From Eledone cirrhosa (Eukaryota): a stretch of DNA of 64,000 bases. Positions within the stretch are counted from its first letter, which is position 1. Each line of letters begins with the position of its first letter. The translations under genes and the position numbers were made by a program. This document shows positions 1 to 11,800 of this stretch, piece by piece. The notes under the pieces were generated by a model, which did no database searches, was not told the DNA's origin, and saw only the letters and a program-made list of their open reading frames with translations. The DNA lies in NCBI GenBank assembly GCA_964016885.1, contig OZ024743.1, positions 139,500,001 to 139,564,000 on the forward strand, given 5' to 3'.

Positions 1-504
1 TTGGTGCTTGGTGCTTGGTGTTTGGTGTTTGGTCCTTGGTGCTTGGTGCTTGGTGTTTAGTGCTTGGTGCTTGGTGTTTGTTGTTTGGTGCTTTCTGTTT
101 GCTGCTTGGTGTTTGCTGCTTGGTGCTTGGTGCTTGGTGTTTGGTGTTTGGTGCTAGGTGCTTGGTGTTTGGTGTTTGGTGTTTGATGCTTGGTGTTTGG
201 TGCTTGGTGTTTGGTGCTTGGGGCTTGGGGCTTGGTGTTTGGTGCTTGGTGCTTGGTGCTTGGTGTTTGGTGCTTGGTGCTTGGTGTTTGGTGTTTGGTG
301 TTTGGTGCTTGGTGCTTGGTGTTTGGTGCTTGGTGCTTGGTGCTGGGTGGTTGGTATTTGGTGATTGGTGCTTGGTGCTTGGTGTTTGGTGCTTGGTGCT
401 TGGTGCTTGGTCTTTGGTGCTTGGTGTTTGGTGTTTGGTGCTTGGTGCTTTGTGTTTGGTGCTTGGTGATTAGTGTTTGGTGCTTGGTACTTGGTGTTTG
501 GTGC

Positions 505-658
505 TTGGTGTTTGGTGTTTGCTGTTTGGTGTTTGGTGTTTGGTGTTTGCTGTTTGGTGTCTGCTTTTTGGTGTTTGGTGTTTGCTGTATGGTGTTTGCT
601 GTTTCGTGTTTGGTGTTTGCTGTTTGGTGTTTGGTGTTTGCTGTTTGGTGTTTGGTCT
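505..658. repeat. T-only island: 22 consecutive units ending in T and rich in TTGCTGT (type copy of a recurrent module)
   Basis: Units 505-658 contain no TTGGTGC and include TTGCTGT, CTGCTTT, ATGGTGT, TTCGTGT and TTGGTCT. Related islands start near 2465, 4600, 6915, 8865, 10100, 11160, 13995, 16350, 30265, 32155, 34250 and 36145. Confidence 0.9.
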
Positions 659-3159
659 TTGGTGCTTGGTGTTTGGTGCTTGGTGCTTGGTGTTTGGTGT
701 TTGGTGCTTGGTGCTTGGTGCTTGGTGTTTGGTGCTTGGTGTCTGGTGCTTGGTGTCTGGTGCTTGGTGTTTGGTGTTTTGTGTTTGGTGTTTGGTGCTT
801 GTTGCTCGGTGCTTGGTGCTTGGTGTTTGGTGCTTGGTGCTTGGTGTTTGGTGCTGGATGCTTGGTGTTTGGTGCTTGGTGCTTGGTGCTTGGTGTTTGG
901 TGTTTGGTGTTATATGCTTGGTGTTTGATGCTTGGTGCTTGGTGCTTGGTGTTTGGTGTTTGGTGCTTGGTGTTTTATGCTTGGTGTTTGATGTTTGGTG
1001 CTTGGTGCTTGGTGTTTGGTGCTTGGTGCTTGGTGTTTGTACTTGGTGCTTGGTGCTTGGTTCTTGGTGTTTGGTGCTTGGTGCTTGGTGCTTGGTGCTT
1101 GGTGTTTGGTGCTTGGTGTTTGGTGCTTGGTGTTTGGTGCTTGGTGCCTGGTGCTTGGTGCTTGGTGCTTGGTGTTTGGTGCTTGGTGTTTGCTGCTTGG
1201 TATTAGGTGTTTGGTGCTTGGTGCTTGGTGTTTGGTGTTTGGTGCTTGGTGTTTGGTGCTTGGTGTTTGGTGTTTGGTGCTTGGTGTTTGGTGCTTGGTA
1301 CTTGGTGCTTGGTGCTTGGTGTTAGGTGTTTGGTGCTTGGTGCTTGGTGTTTGGTTTTTGGTGCTTGGTGCTTGGTGTTTGGTGTTTGGTGCTTGCTGCT
1401 GGCTGCTTGGTGTTTGGTGCTTGGTGATTGGTGCTTGGTGTTTGGTGCTTGGTGTTTGGTGTTTGGTACTAGGTGCTTGGTGCTTGGTGTTTGGTGCTTG
1501 GTGCTTGGTGTTTGGTGCTTGGTGCTGGGTTCTGGGTGGTTGGTGTTTGGTGCTTGGTGTTTGGTGCTGGGTGCTTGGTGTTTGGTGCTTGGTGCTTGGT
1601 CTTTGGTGTTTGGTGTTTGGTGTTTGGGGCTTGGTGCTTGGTGCTTGGTGTTTGGTGCTTGGTGCTTGGTGTTTGGTGCTTGGTGCTTAGTGTTTGGTGC
1701 TAGGTGCTTGGGGTTTGGTGTTTGGTGCTTGGTGCTTGGTGTTTGGTGCTTGGTGCTTGGTGTTTGGTGTTTGGTGCTTGGTGCTTGGTGTTTGGTGTTT
1801 CCTGTTTGCTGTTTGGTGTTTGGTGTTTGGTGTTTGCTGTTTGGTGTCTGCTTTTTGCTGTTTGGTGTTTGCTGTATGTTATTTGCTGTTTGGTGTTTGG
1901 TGTTTGGTGTTTGGTGCTTGGTGCTTGGTGTTTGGTGCTTGGTGCTTGGTGTTTGGTGCCTGGTACTTGGGGCTTGGTGTTTGGTGTTTGGTGCTTGGTG
2001 CTTGGAGTTTGGTGTTTGGTGCTTGGTGCTTGGTGTTTTGTGTTTGGTGTTTGGTTTTTGGTGCTTGGTGCTTGGTGCTTGGTGCTTGGTCCTTGGTGTT
2101 TGGTGCTTGGTGCTTGGTGTTTGTACTTGGTGCTTGGTGCTTGGTGTTTGGTTCTTGGTTCTTGGTGTTTGGTACTTGGTGCTTGGTGCTTGGTGTTTGG
2201 TGTTTGGTGCTTGGTGCTTGGTGTTTGGTGTTTGGTGTTTGGTGCTTGGTGCTTGGTGTTTGGTGCTTGGTGCTTGGTGCTGGGTGGTTGGTATTTGGTG
2301 CTTGGTGCTTGGTGTTTGGTGCTTGGTGCTTGGTGCTTGGTGTTTGGTGCTTGGTGCTTGGTGCTTGGTCTTTGGTGCTTGGTGTTTGGTGTTTGGTGCT
2401 TGGTGCTTTGTGTTTGGTGCTTGATGATTAGTGTTTGGTGCTTGGTACTTGGTGTTTGGTGCTTGGTGTTTGGTGTTTGCTGTTTGGTGTTTGGTGTTTG
2501 GTGTTTGCTGTTTGGTGTCTGCTTTTTAGTGTTTGGTGTTTGCTGTATGGTGTTTGCTGTTTCGTGTTTGGTGTTTGCTGTTTGGTGTTTGGTGTTTGCT
2601 GTTTGGTGTTTGGTCTTTGGTGCTTGGTGTTTGGTGCTTGGTGCTTGGTGTTTGGTGATTGGTGCTTGGTGTTTGGTGTTTGGTGCTTGGTGCTTGGTGC
2701 TTGGTGTTTGGTGCTTGGTGTCTGGTGCTTGGTGTCTGGTGCTTGGTGTTTGGTGTTTGGTGTTTGGTGCTTGGTGTTTGGTGTTTGGTGCTTGTTGCTT
2801 GGTGCTTGGTGCTTGGTGTTTGGTGCTTGGTGCTTGGTGTTTGGTGCTGGGTGCTTGGTGTTTGGTGCTTGGTGCTTGGTGTTTGGTGTTTGGTGCTTGG
2901 TGCTTGGTGTTTGGTGTTTGGTGTTATATGCTTGGTGTTTGGTGCTTGGTGCTTGGTGTTTGGTGTTTGGTGCTTGGTGTTTGGTTTTTGGTGCTAGGTG
3001 CTTGGTGCTTGGTGTTTGGTGCTTGGTGTTTGGTGTTTGGTGCTTGGTGCTTGGTGTTTGGTACTTGGTGCTTGGTGCTTGGTGTTTGGTGCTTGGTGCT
3101 TGGTGTTTGGTGTTTGGTGTTTGGTGCTTGGTGCTTGGTGTTTGGTGCTTGGTGCTGGG

Positions 3160-6100
3160 TGGTTGGTGTTTGGTGCTTGGTGCTTGGTGTTTCGTGCTAG
3201 GTGCATGGTGCTTGGTGTTTGGTGCTTGGTGCTTGGTGCTTGGTCTTTGGTGTTTGGTGTTTAGTGCTTGGTGCTTGGTGCTTGGTGCTTGGTGCTTGGT
3301 GCTTGGTCCTTGGTGTTTGGGGCTTGGTGCTTGGTGTTTGGTGTTTGGTGCTTGGTGCTTGGTGCTTCGTGTTTGGTGTTTGGTGCTTGGTGTCTGGAGC
3401 TTGGTGTTTGGTGTTTGGTGCTTGGTGTTTGGTGTTTGGTGCTTGGTGCTTGGTGTTTGGTGCTTGGTGCTTGGTGTTTGTACTTGGTGCTTGGTGCTTG
3501 GTGTTTGGTGCTTGGTTCTTGGTGTTTGGTGCTTGGTGTTTGGAGCTTGGTGCTTGGTGTTTGGTGCTTGGTGCTTGGTGTTTGCTCTTGGTGCTTGGTG
3601 CTTGGTGTTTGGTGCTTGGTTCTTGGTGTTTGGTGCTTGGTGTTTGGAGCTTGGTGCTTGGTGTTTGGTGCTTGGTGCTTGGTGTTTGGTGTTTGGTGCT
3701 TGGTGCTTGGTGTTTGGTGTTTGGTGCTTGGTGTTTGGTGTTTGGTGTTTCGTGCTTGGTGCTTGGTGTTTGTTGCTTGGTACTTGGTGCATGGTGTTTG
3801 GTGCTGGGTGCTTGGTGTTTTGTGCTTGGTTCTTGGTGTTTGGTGTTTGGTGCTTGGTACTTGGTGTCTGGAGCTTGGTGTTTGGTGTTTGGTGCTTGGT
3901 GTTTGGTGCTTGGTGCTTGGTGTTTGGTGTTTGGTGTTTGATGCTTGGTGTTTTATGATTGGTGCTTGGTGTTTGGTGCTTGGTGTTTGTATTTGGTGCT
4001 TGGTGCTTGGTGTTTTGTGCTTGGTTCTTGGTGTTTGGTGTTTGGTGCTTGGTACTTGGTGCTTGGTGTTAGGTGTTTGGTGCTTGGTGCCTGGTGTTTG
4101 GTGTTTGGTCCTTGGTGCTTGGTGCTTGGTGTTTAGTGCTTGGTGCTTGGTGTTTGTTGTTTGGTGCTTTCTGTTTGCTGCTTGGTGTTTGCTGCTTGGT
4201 GCTTGGTGCTTGGTGTTTGGTGTTTGGTGCTAGGTGCTTGGTGTTTGGTGTTTGGTGTTTGATGCTTGGTGTTTGGTGCTTGGTGTTTGGTGCTTGGTGC
4301 TTGGGGCTTGGTGTTTGGTGCTTGGTGCTTGGTGCTTGGTGTTTGGTGCTTGGTGCTTGGTGTTTGGTGTTTGGTGTTTGGTGCTTGGTGCTTGGTGTTT
4401 GGTGCTTGGTGCTTGGTGCTGGGTGGTTGGTATTTGGTGCTTGGTGCTTGGTGTTTGGTGCTTGGTGCTTGGTGCTTGGTCTTTGGTGCTTGGTGCTTGG
4501 TGCTTGGTCTTTGGTGCTTGGTGTTTGGTGTTTGGTGCTTGGTGCTTTGTGTTTGGTGCTTGGTGATTAGTGTTTGGTGCTTGGTACTTGGTGTTTGGTG
4601 CTTGGTGTTTGGTGTTTGCTGTTTGGTGTTTGGTGTTTGGTGTTTGCTGTTTGGTGTCTGCTTTTTGGTGTTTGGTGTTTGCTGTATGGTGTTTGCTGTT
4701 TCGTGTTTGGTGTTTGCTGTTTGGTGTTTGGTGTTTGGTGTTTGCTGTTTGGTGTCTGCTTTTTGGTGTTTGGTGTTTGCTGTATGGTGTTTGCTGTTTC
4801 GTGTTTGGTGTTTGCTGTTTGGTGTTTGGTGTTTGCTGTTTGGTGTTTGGTCTTTGGTGCTTGGTGTTTGGTGCTTGGTGCTTGGTGTTTGGTGTTTGGT
4901 GCTTGGTGCTTGGTGCTTGGTGTTTGGTGTTTGGTGCTTGGTGCTTGGTGTTTGGTGCTTGGTGCTGGGTGGTTGTTGTTTGGTGCTTGGTGCTTGGTGT
5001 TTCGTGCTAGGTGCATGGTGCTTGGTGTTTGGTGCTTGGTGCTTGGTGCTTGGTGCTTGGTGCTTGGTCCTTGGTGTTTGGTGCTTGGTGCTTGGTGTTT
5101 GGTGTTTGGTGCTTGGTGCTTGGTGCTTCGTGTTTGGTGTTTGGTGCTTGGTGTCTGGAGCTTGGTGTTTGGTGTTTGGTGCTTGGTGTTTGGTGTTTCG
5201 TGCTTGGGGCTTGGTGTTTGGTGCTTGGTGCTTGGTGTTTGTACTTGGTGCTTGGTGCTTGGTGTTTGGTGCTTGGTTCTTGGTGTTTGGTGCTTGGTGT
5301 TTGGAGCTTGGTGCTTGGTGTTTGGTGCTTGGTGCTTGGTGTTTGTACTTGGTGCTTGGTGCTTGGTGTTTGGTGCTTGGTTCTTGGTGTTTGGTGCTTG
5401 GTGTTTGGAGCTTGGTGCTTGGTGTTTGGTGCTTGGTGCTTGGTGTTTGGTGTGTGGTGCTTGGTGCTTGGTGTTTGGTGTTTGGTGCTTGGTGTTTGGT
5501 GTTTGGTGCTTGGTGCTTGGTGTTTGTTGCTTGGTACTTGGTGCATGGTGTTTGGTGCTGGGTGCTTGGTGTTTTGTGCTTGGTTCTTGGTGTTTGGTGT
5601 TTGGTGCTTGGTACTTGGTGTCTGGAGCTTGGTGTTTGGTGTTTGGTGCTTGGTGTTTGGTGCTTGGTGCTTGGTGTTTGGTGTTTGGTGTTTGATGCTT
5701 GGTGTTTTATGCTTGGTGCTTGGTGTTTGGTGCTTGGTGTTTGTATTTGGTGCTTGGTGCTTGGTGTTTTGTGCTTGGTTCTTGGTGTTTGGTGTTTGGT
5801 GCTTGGTACTTGGTGCTTGGTGTTAGGTGTTTGGTGCTTGGTGCTTGGTGTTTGGTGTTTGGTCCTTGGTGCTTGGTGCTTGGTGTTTAGTGCTTGGTGC
5901 TTGGTGTTTGTTGTTTGGTGCTTTCTGTTTGCTGCTTGGTGTTTGCTGCTTGGTGCTTGGTGCTTGGTGTTTGGTGTTTGGTGCTAGGTGCTTGGTGTTT
6001 GGTGTTTGGTGTTTGATGCTTGGTGTTTGGTGCTTGGTGTTTGGTGCTTGGTGCTTGGGGCTTGGTGTTTGGTGCTTGGTGCTTGGTGCTTGGTGTTTGG

Positions 6101-6350
6101 TGCTTGGTGCTTGGTGTTTGGTGTTTGGTGTTTGGTGCTTGGTGCTTGGTGTTTGGTGCTTGGTGCTTGGTGCTGGGTGGTTGGTATTTGGTGCTTGGTG
6201 CTTGGTGTTTGGTGCTTGGTGCTTGGTGCTTGGTGTTTGGTGCTTGGTGCTTGGTGCTTGGTCTTTGGTGCTTGGTGTTTGGTGTTTGGTGCTTGGTGCT
6301 TTGTGTTTGGTGCTTGGTGATTAGTGTTTGGTGCTTGGTACTTGGTGTTT
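3160..6350. repeat. Tandem duplication with ~1754-bp offset; a further copy lies at about 14900-16350 (offset 9994) and a partial copy at 1-500
   Basis: Identical or near-identical ORF-track translations at 3945/5699/15693, 4073/5827/15821 and 4234/5988/15982. Shared markers include TTGTAT, GCTTTCTGTTTGCTGC and GTGATTAGTG. Confidence 0.85.
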
Positions 6351-8829
6351 GGTGCTTGGTGCTTGGTGTTTGGTGCTTGGTGCTTGGTGTTTGGTGTTTG
6401 GTGCTTGGTGCTTGGTGCTTGGTGTTTGGTGCTTGGTGTCTGGTGCTTGGTCTCTGGTGCTTGGTGTTTGGTGTTTGGTGTTTGGTGCTTGGTGTTTGGT
6501 GTTTGGTGTTTGGTGTTTGGTGCTTGTTGCTTGGTGCTTGGTGCTTGGTGTTTGGTGCTTGGTGCTTGGTGTTTGGTGCTGGGTGCTTGGTGCTTGGTGT
6601 TTGGTGTTTGGTGTTATATGCTTGGTGTTTGATGCTTGGTGCTTGGTGCTTGGTGTTTGGTGTTTGGTGCTTGGTGTTTTATGCTTGGTGTTTGATGTTT
6701 GGTGCTTGGTGCTTGGTGTTTGGTGCTTGGTGCTTGGTGTTTCTACTTGGTGCTTGGTGCTTGGTTCTTGGTGTTTGGTGCTTGGTGCTTGGTGCTTGGT
6801 GCTGGGTGGTTGGTATTTGGTGCTTGGTGCTTGGTGCTTGGTCTTTGGTGCTTGGTGTTTGGTGTTTGGTGCTTGGTGCTTTGTGTTTGGTGCTTGGTAC
6901 TTGGTGTTTGGTGCTTGGTGTTTGGTGTTTGCTGTTTGGTGTTTGGTGTTTGCTGTTTGCTGATTGGTGTCTGCTTTTTGGTGTTTGGTGTTTGCTGTAT
7001 GGTGTTTGCTGTTTCGTGTTTGGTGTTTGCTGTTTGGTGTTTGGTGTTTGCTGTTTGATGTTTGGTCTTTGGTGCTTGGTGTTTGGTGCTTGGTGCTTGG
7101 TGTTTGGTGTTTGGTGCTTGGTGCTTGGTGCTTGGTGTTTGGTGCTTGGTGTCTGGTGCTTGGTCTCTGGTGCTTGGTGTTTGGTGTTTGGTGTTTGGTG
7201 CTTGGTGTTTGGTGTTTGGTGTTTGGTGTTTGGTGCTTGTTGCTTGGTGCTTGGTGCTTGGTGTTTGGTGCTTGGTGCTTGGTGTTTGGTGCTGGGTGCT
7301 TGGTGTTTGGTGCTTGGTGCTTGGTGCTTGGTGTTTGGTGTTTGGTGCTTGGTGCTTGGTGTTTGGTGTTTGGTGTTATATGCTTGGTGTTTGATGCTTG
7401 GTGCTTGGTGCTTGGTGTTTGGTGTTTGGTGCTTGGTGTTTTATGCTTGGTGTTTGATGTTTGGTGCTTGGTGCTTGGTGTTTGGTGCTTGGTGCTTGGT
7501 GTTTCTACTTGGTGCTTGGTGCTTGGTTCTTGGTGTTTGGTGCTTGGTGCTTGGTGCTTGGTGCTTGGTGTTTGGTGCTTGGTGTTTGGTGCTTGGTCTT
7601 TGGTGCTTGGTGCCTGGTGCTTGGTGCTTGGTGCTTGGTGTTTGGTGCTTGGTGTTTGGTGCTGGTATTAGGTGTTTGGTGCTTGGTGCTTGGTGTTTGG
7701 TGTTTGGTGCTTGGTGTTTGGTGCTTGGTGTTTGGTGTTTGGTGCTTGGTGTTTGGTGCTTGGTACTTGGTGCTTGGTGCTTGGTGTTAGGTGTTTGGTG
7801 CTTGGTGCTTGGTGTTTGGTTTTTGGTGCTTGGTGCTTGGTGTTTGGTGTTTGGTGCTTGCTGCTGGCTGCTTGGTGTTTGGTGCTTGGTGATTGGTGCT
7901 TGGTGTTTGGTGCTTGGTGTCTGGTGTTTGGTACTAGGTGCTTGGTGCTTGGTGTTTGGTGCTTGGTGCTTGGTGTTTGGTGTTTGGTGATTGGTGCTTG
8001 GTGTTTGCTGCTTGGTGCTGGGTTCTGGGTGGTTGGTGTTTGGTGCTTGGTGTTTGGTGCTGGGTGCTTGGTGTTTGGTGCTTGGTGCTTTGTCTTTGGT
8101 GTTTGGTGTTTGGTGTTTGGGGCTTGGTGCTTGGTGCTTGGTGTTTGGTGCTTGGTGCTTGGTGTTTGGTGCTTGGTGCTTAGTGTTTGGTGCTAGGTGC
8201 TTGGCGTTTGGTGTTTGGTGCTTGGTGCTTGGTGTTTGGTGCTTGGTGCTTGGTGTTTGGTGTTTGGTGCTTGGTGCTTGGTGTTTGGTGTTTCCTGTTT
8301 GCTGTTTGGTGTTTGGTGTTTGGTGTTTGGTGCTTGGTGCTTGGTGTTTGGTGCTTGGTGCTTGGTGTTTGGTGCCTGGTGCTTGGGGCTTGGTGTTTGG
8401 TGTTTGGTGCTTGGTGCTTGGAGTTTGGTGTTTGGTGCTTGGTGCTTGGTGTTTTGTGTTTGGTGTTTGGTTTTTGGTGCTTGGTGCTTGGTGCTTGGTG
8501 CTTGGTCCTTGGTGTTTGGTGCTTGGTGCTTGGTGTTTGTACTTGGTGCTTGGTGCTTGGTGTTTGGTTCTTGGTTCTTGGTGTTTGGTACTTGGTGCTT
8601 GGTGCTTGGTGTTTGGTGCTTGGTGCTTGGTGTTTGGTGTTTGGTGTTTGGTGCTTGGTGCTTGGTGATTGGTGCTTGGTGCTGGGTGGTTGGTATTTGG
8701 TGCTTGGTGCTTGGTGTTTGGTGCTTGGTGCTTGGTGCTTGGTGTTTGGTGCTTGGTGCTTGGTGCTTGGTCTTTGGTGCTTGGTGTTTGGTGTTTGGTG
8801 CTTGGTGCTTTGTGTTTGGTGCTTGGTGA

Positions 8830-11800
8830 TTAGTGTTTGGTGCTTGGTACTTGGTGTTTGGTGCTTGGTGTTTGGTGTTTGCTGTTTGGTGTTTGGTGTT
8901 TGGTGTTTGCTGTTTGGTGTCTGCTTTTTGGTGTTTGGTGTTTTCTGTATGGTGTTTGCTGTTTCGTGTTTGGTGTTTGCTGTTTGGTGTTTGGTGTTTG
9001 CTGTTTGGTGTTTGGTCTTTGGTGCTTGGTGTTTGGTGCTTGGTGCTTGGTGTTTGGTGTTTGGTGCTTGGTGTTTGGTGTTTGGTGCTTGGTGCTTCGT
9101 GCTTGGTGTTTGGTGCTTGGTGTCTGGTGCTTGGTGTCTGGTGCTTGGTGTTTGGTGTTTGGTGTTTGGTGCTTGGTGTTTGGTGTTTGGTGTTTGGTGT
9201 TTGGTGCTTGTTGCTTGGTGCTTGGTGCTTGGTGTTTGGTGCTTGGTGCTTGGTGTTTGGTGCTGGGTGCTTGGTGTTTGGTGCTTGGTGCTTGGTGTTT
9301 GGTGTTTGGTGCTTGGTGCTTGGTGTTTGGTGTTTGGTGTTATATGCTTGGTGTTTGGTGCTTGGTGCTTGGTGTTTGGTGTTTGGTTCTTGATGCTTGG
9401 TATTTGGTGCTTGGTGCTTGCTGCTTGGTGTTTGGTGCTTGGTGATTGATGCTTGGTGTTTGGTGCTTGGTGCTTGGTGTTTAGTTTTTGGTGCTAGGTG
9501 CTTGGTGCTTGGTGTTTGGTGCTTGGTGTTTGGTGTTTGGTGCTTGGTGCTTGGTGTTTGGTACTTGGTGCTTGGTGCTTGGTGTTTGGTGCTTGGTGCT
9601 TGGTGTTTGGTGTTTGGTGTTTGGTGCTTGGTGCTTGGTGTTTGGTGCTTGGTGCTGGGTGGTTTGTGTTTGGTGCTTGGTGCTTGGTGTTTTGTGCTAG
9701 GTGCATGGTGCCTGGTGTTTGGTGCTTGGTGCTTGGTGCTTGGTGTTTGGTGTTTAGTGCTTGGTGCTTGGTGCTTGGTGCTTGGTGCTTGGTGCTTGGT
9801 CCTTGGTGTTTGGTGCTTGGTGCTTGGTGTTTGGTATTTGGTGCTTGGTGCTTGGTGCTTCGTGTTTGGTGTTTGGTGCTTGGTGTCTGGAGCTTGGTGT
9901 TTGGTGTTTGGTGCTTGGTGTTTGGTCTTTGGTGCTTGGTGCTTGGTGTTTGGTGCTTGGTGCTTGGTGCTTGGTGTTTGGTGCTTGGTGCTTGGTGCTT
10001 GGTCTTTGGTGCTTGGTGTTTGGTGTTTGGTGCTTGGTGCTTTGTGTTTGGTGCTTGGTGATTAGTGTTTGGTGCTTGGTACTTGGTGTTTGGTGCTTGG
10101 TGTTTGGTGTTTGCTGTTTGGTGTTTGGTGTTTGCTGTTTGCTGTTTGGTGTCTGCTTTTTGGTGTTTGGTGTTTGCTGTATGGTGTTTGCTGTTTCGTG
10201 TTTGGTGTTTGCTGTTTGGTGTTTGGTGTTTGCTGTTTGGTGTTTGGTCTTTGGTGCTTGGTGTTTGGTGCTTGGTGCTTGGTGTTTGGTGTTTGGTGCT
10301 TGGTGCTTGGTGCTTGGTGTTTGGTGCTTGGTGTCTGGTGCTTGGTGTCTGGTGCTTGGTGTTTGGTGTTTGGTGTTTGGTGCTTGGTGTTTGGTGTTTG
10401 GTGTTTGGTGTTTGGTGCTTGTTGCTTGGTGCTTGGTGCTTGGTGTTTGGTGCTTGGTGCTTGGTGTTTGGTGCTGGGTGCTTGGTGTTTGGTGCTTGGT
10501 GCTTGGTGCTTGGTGTTTGGTGTTTGGTGCTTGGTGCTTGGTGTTTGGTGTTTGGTGTTATATGCTTGGTGTTTGATGCTTGGTGCTTGGTGCTTGGTGT
10601 TTGGTGTTTGGTGCTTGGTGTTTTATGCTTGGTGTTTGATGTTTGGTGCTTGGTGCTTGGTGTTTGGTGCTTGGTGCTTGGTGTTTCTACTTGGTGCTTG
10701 GTGCTTGGTGTTTGGTTCTTGGTTCTTGGTGTTTGGTACTTGGTGCTTGGTGCTTGGTGTTTGGTGCTTGGTGCTTGGAGTTTGGTGTTTGGTGCTTGGT
10801 GCTTGGTGTTTTGTGTTTGGTGTTTGGTTTTTGGTGCTTGGTGCTTGGTGCTTGGTGCTTGGTTCTTGGTGTTTGGTACTTGGTGCTTGGTGCTTGGTGT
10901 TTGGTGCTTGGTGCTTGGTGTTTGGTGTTTGGTGTTTGGTGCTTGGTGCTTGGTGTTTGGTGCTTGGTGCTTGGTGCTGGGTGGTTGGTATTTGGTGCTT
11001 GGTGCTTGGTGTTTGGTGCTTGGTGCTTGGTGCTTGGTGTTTGGTGCTTGGTGCTTGGTGCTTGGTCTTTGGTGCTTGGTGTTTGGTGTTTGGTGCTTGG
11101 TGCTTTGTGTTTGGTGCTTGGTGATTAGTGTTTGGTGCTTGGTACTTGGTGTTTGGTGCTTGGTGTTTGGTGTTTGCTGTTTGGTGTTTGGTGTTTGGTG
11201 TTTGCTGTTTGGTGTCTGCTTTTTGGTGTTTGGTGTTTGCTGTATGGTGTTTGCTGTTTCGTGTTTGGTGTTTGCTGTTTGGTGTTTGGTGTTTGCTGTT
11301 TGGTGTTTGGTCTTTGGTGCTTGGTGTTTGGTGCTTGGTGCTTGGTGTTTGGTGTTTGGTGCTTGGTGTTTGGTGTTTGGTGCTTGGTGCTTGGTGCTTG
11401 GTGTTTGGTGCTTGGTGTCTGGTGCTTGGTGTCTGGTGCTTGGTGTTTGGTGTTTGGTGTTTGGTGCTTGGTGTTTGGTGTTTGGTGTTTGGTGTTTGGT
11501 GCTTGTTGCTTGGTGCTTGGTGCTTGGTGTTTGGAGCTTGGTGCTTGGTGTTTGGTGCTGGGTGCTTGGTGTTTGGTGCTTGGTGCTTGGTGTTTGGTGT
11601 TTGGTGCTTGGTGCTTGGTGTTTGGTGTTTGGTGTTATATGCTTGGTGTTTGGTGCTTGGTGCTTGGTGTTTGGTGTTTGGTTCTTGATGCTTGGTATTT
11701 GGTGCTTGGTGCTTGCTGCTTGGTGTTTGGTGCTTGGTGATTGATGCTTGGTGTTTGGTGCTTGGTGCTTGGTGTTTGGTTTTTGGTGCTAGGTGCTTGG

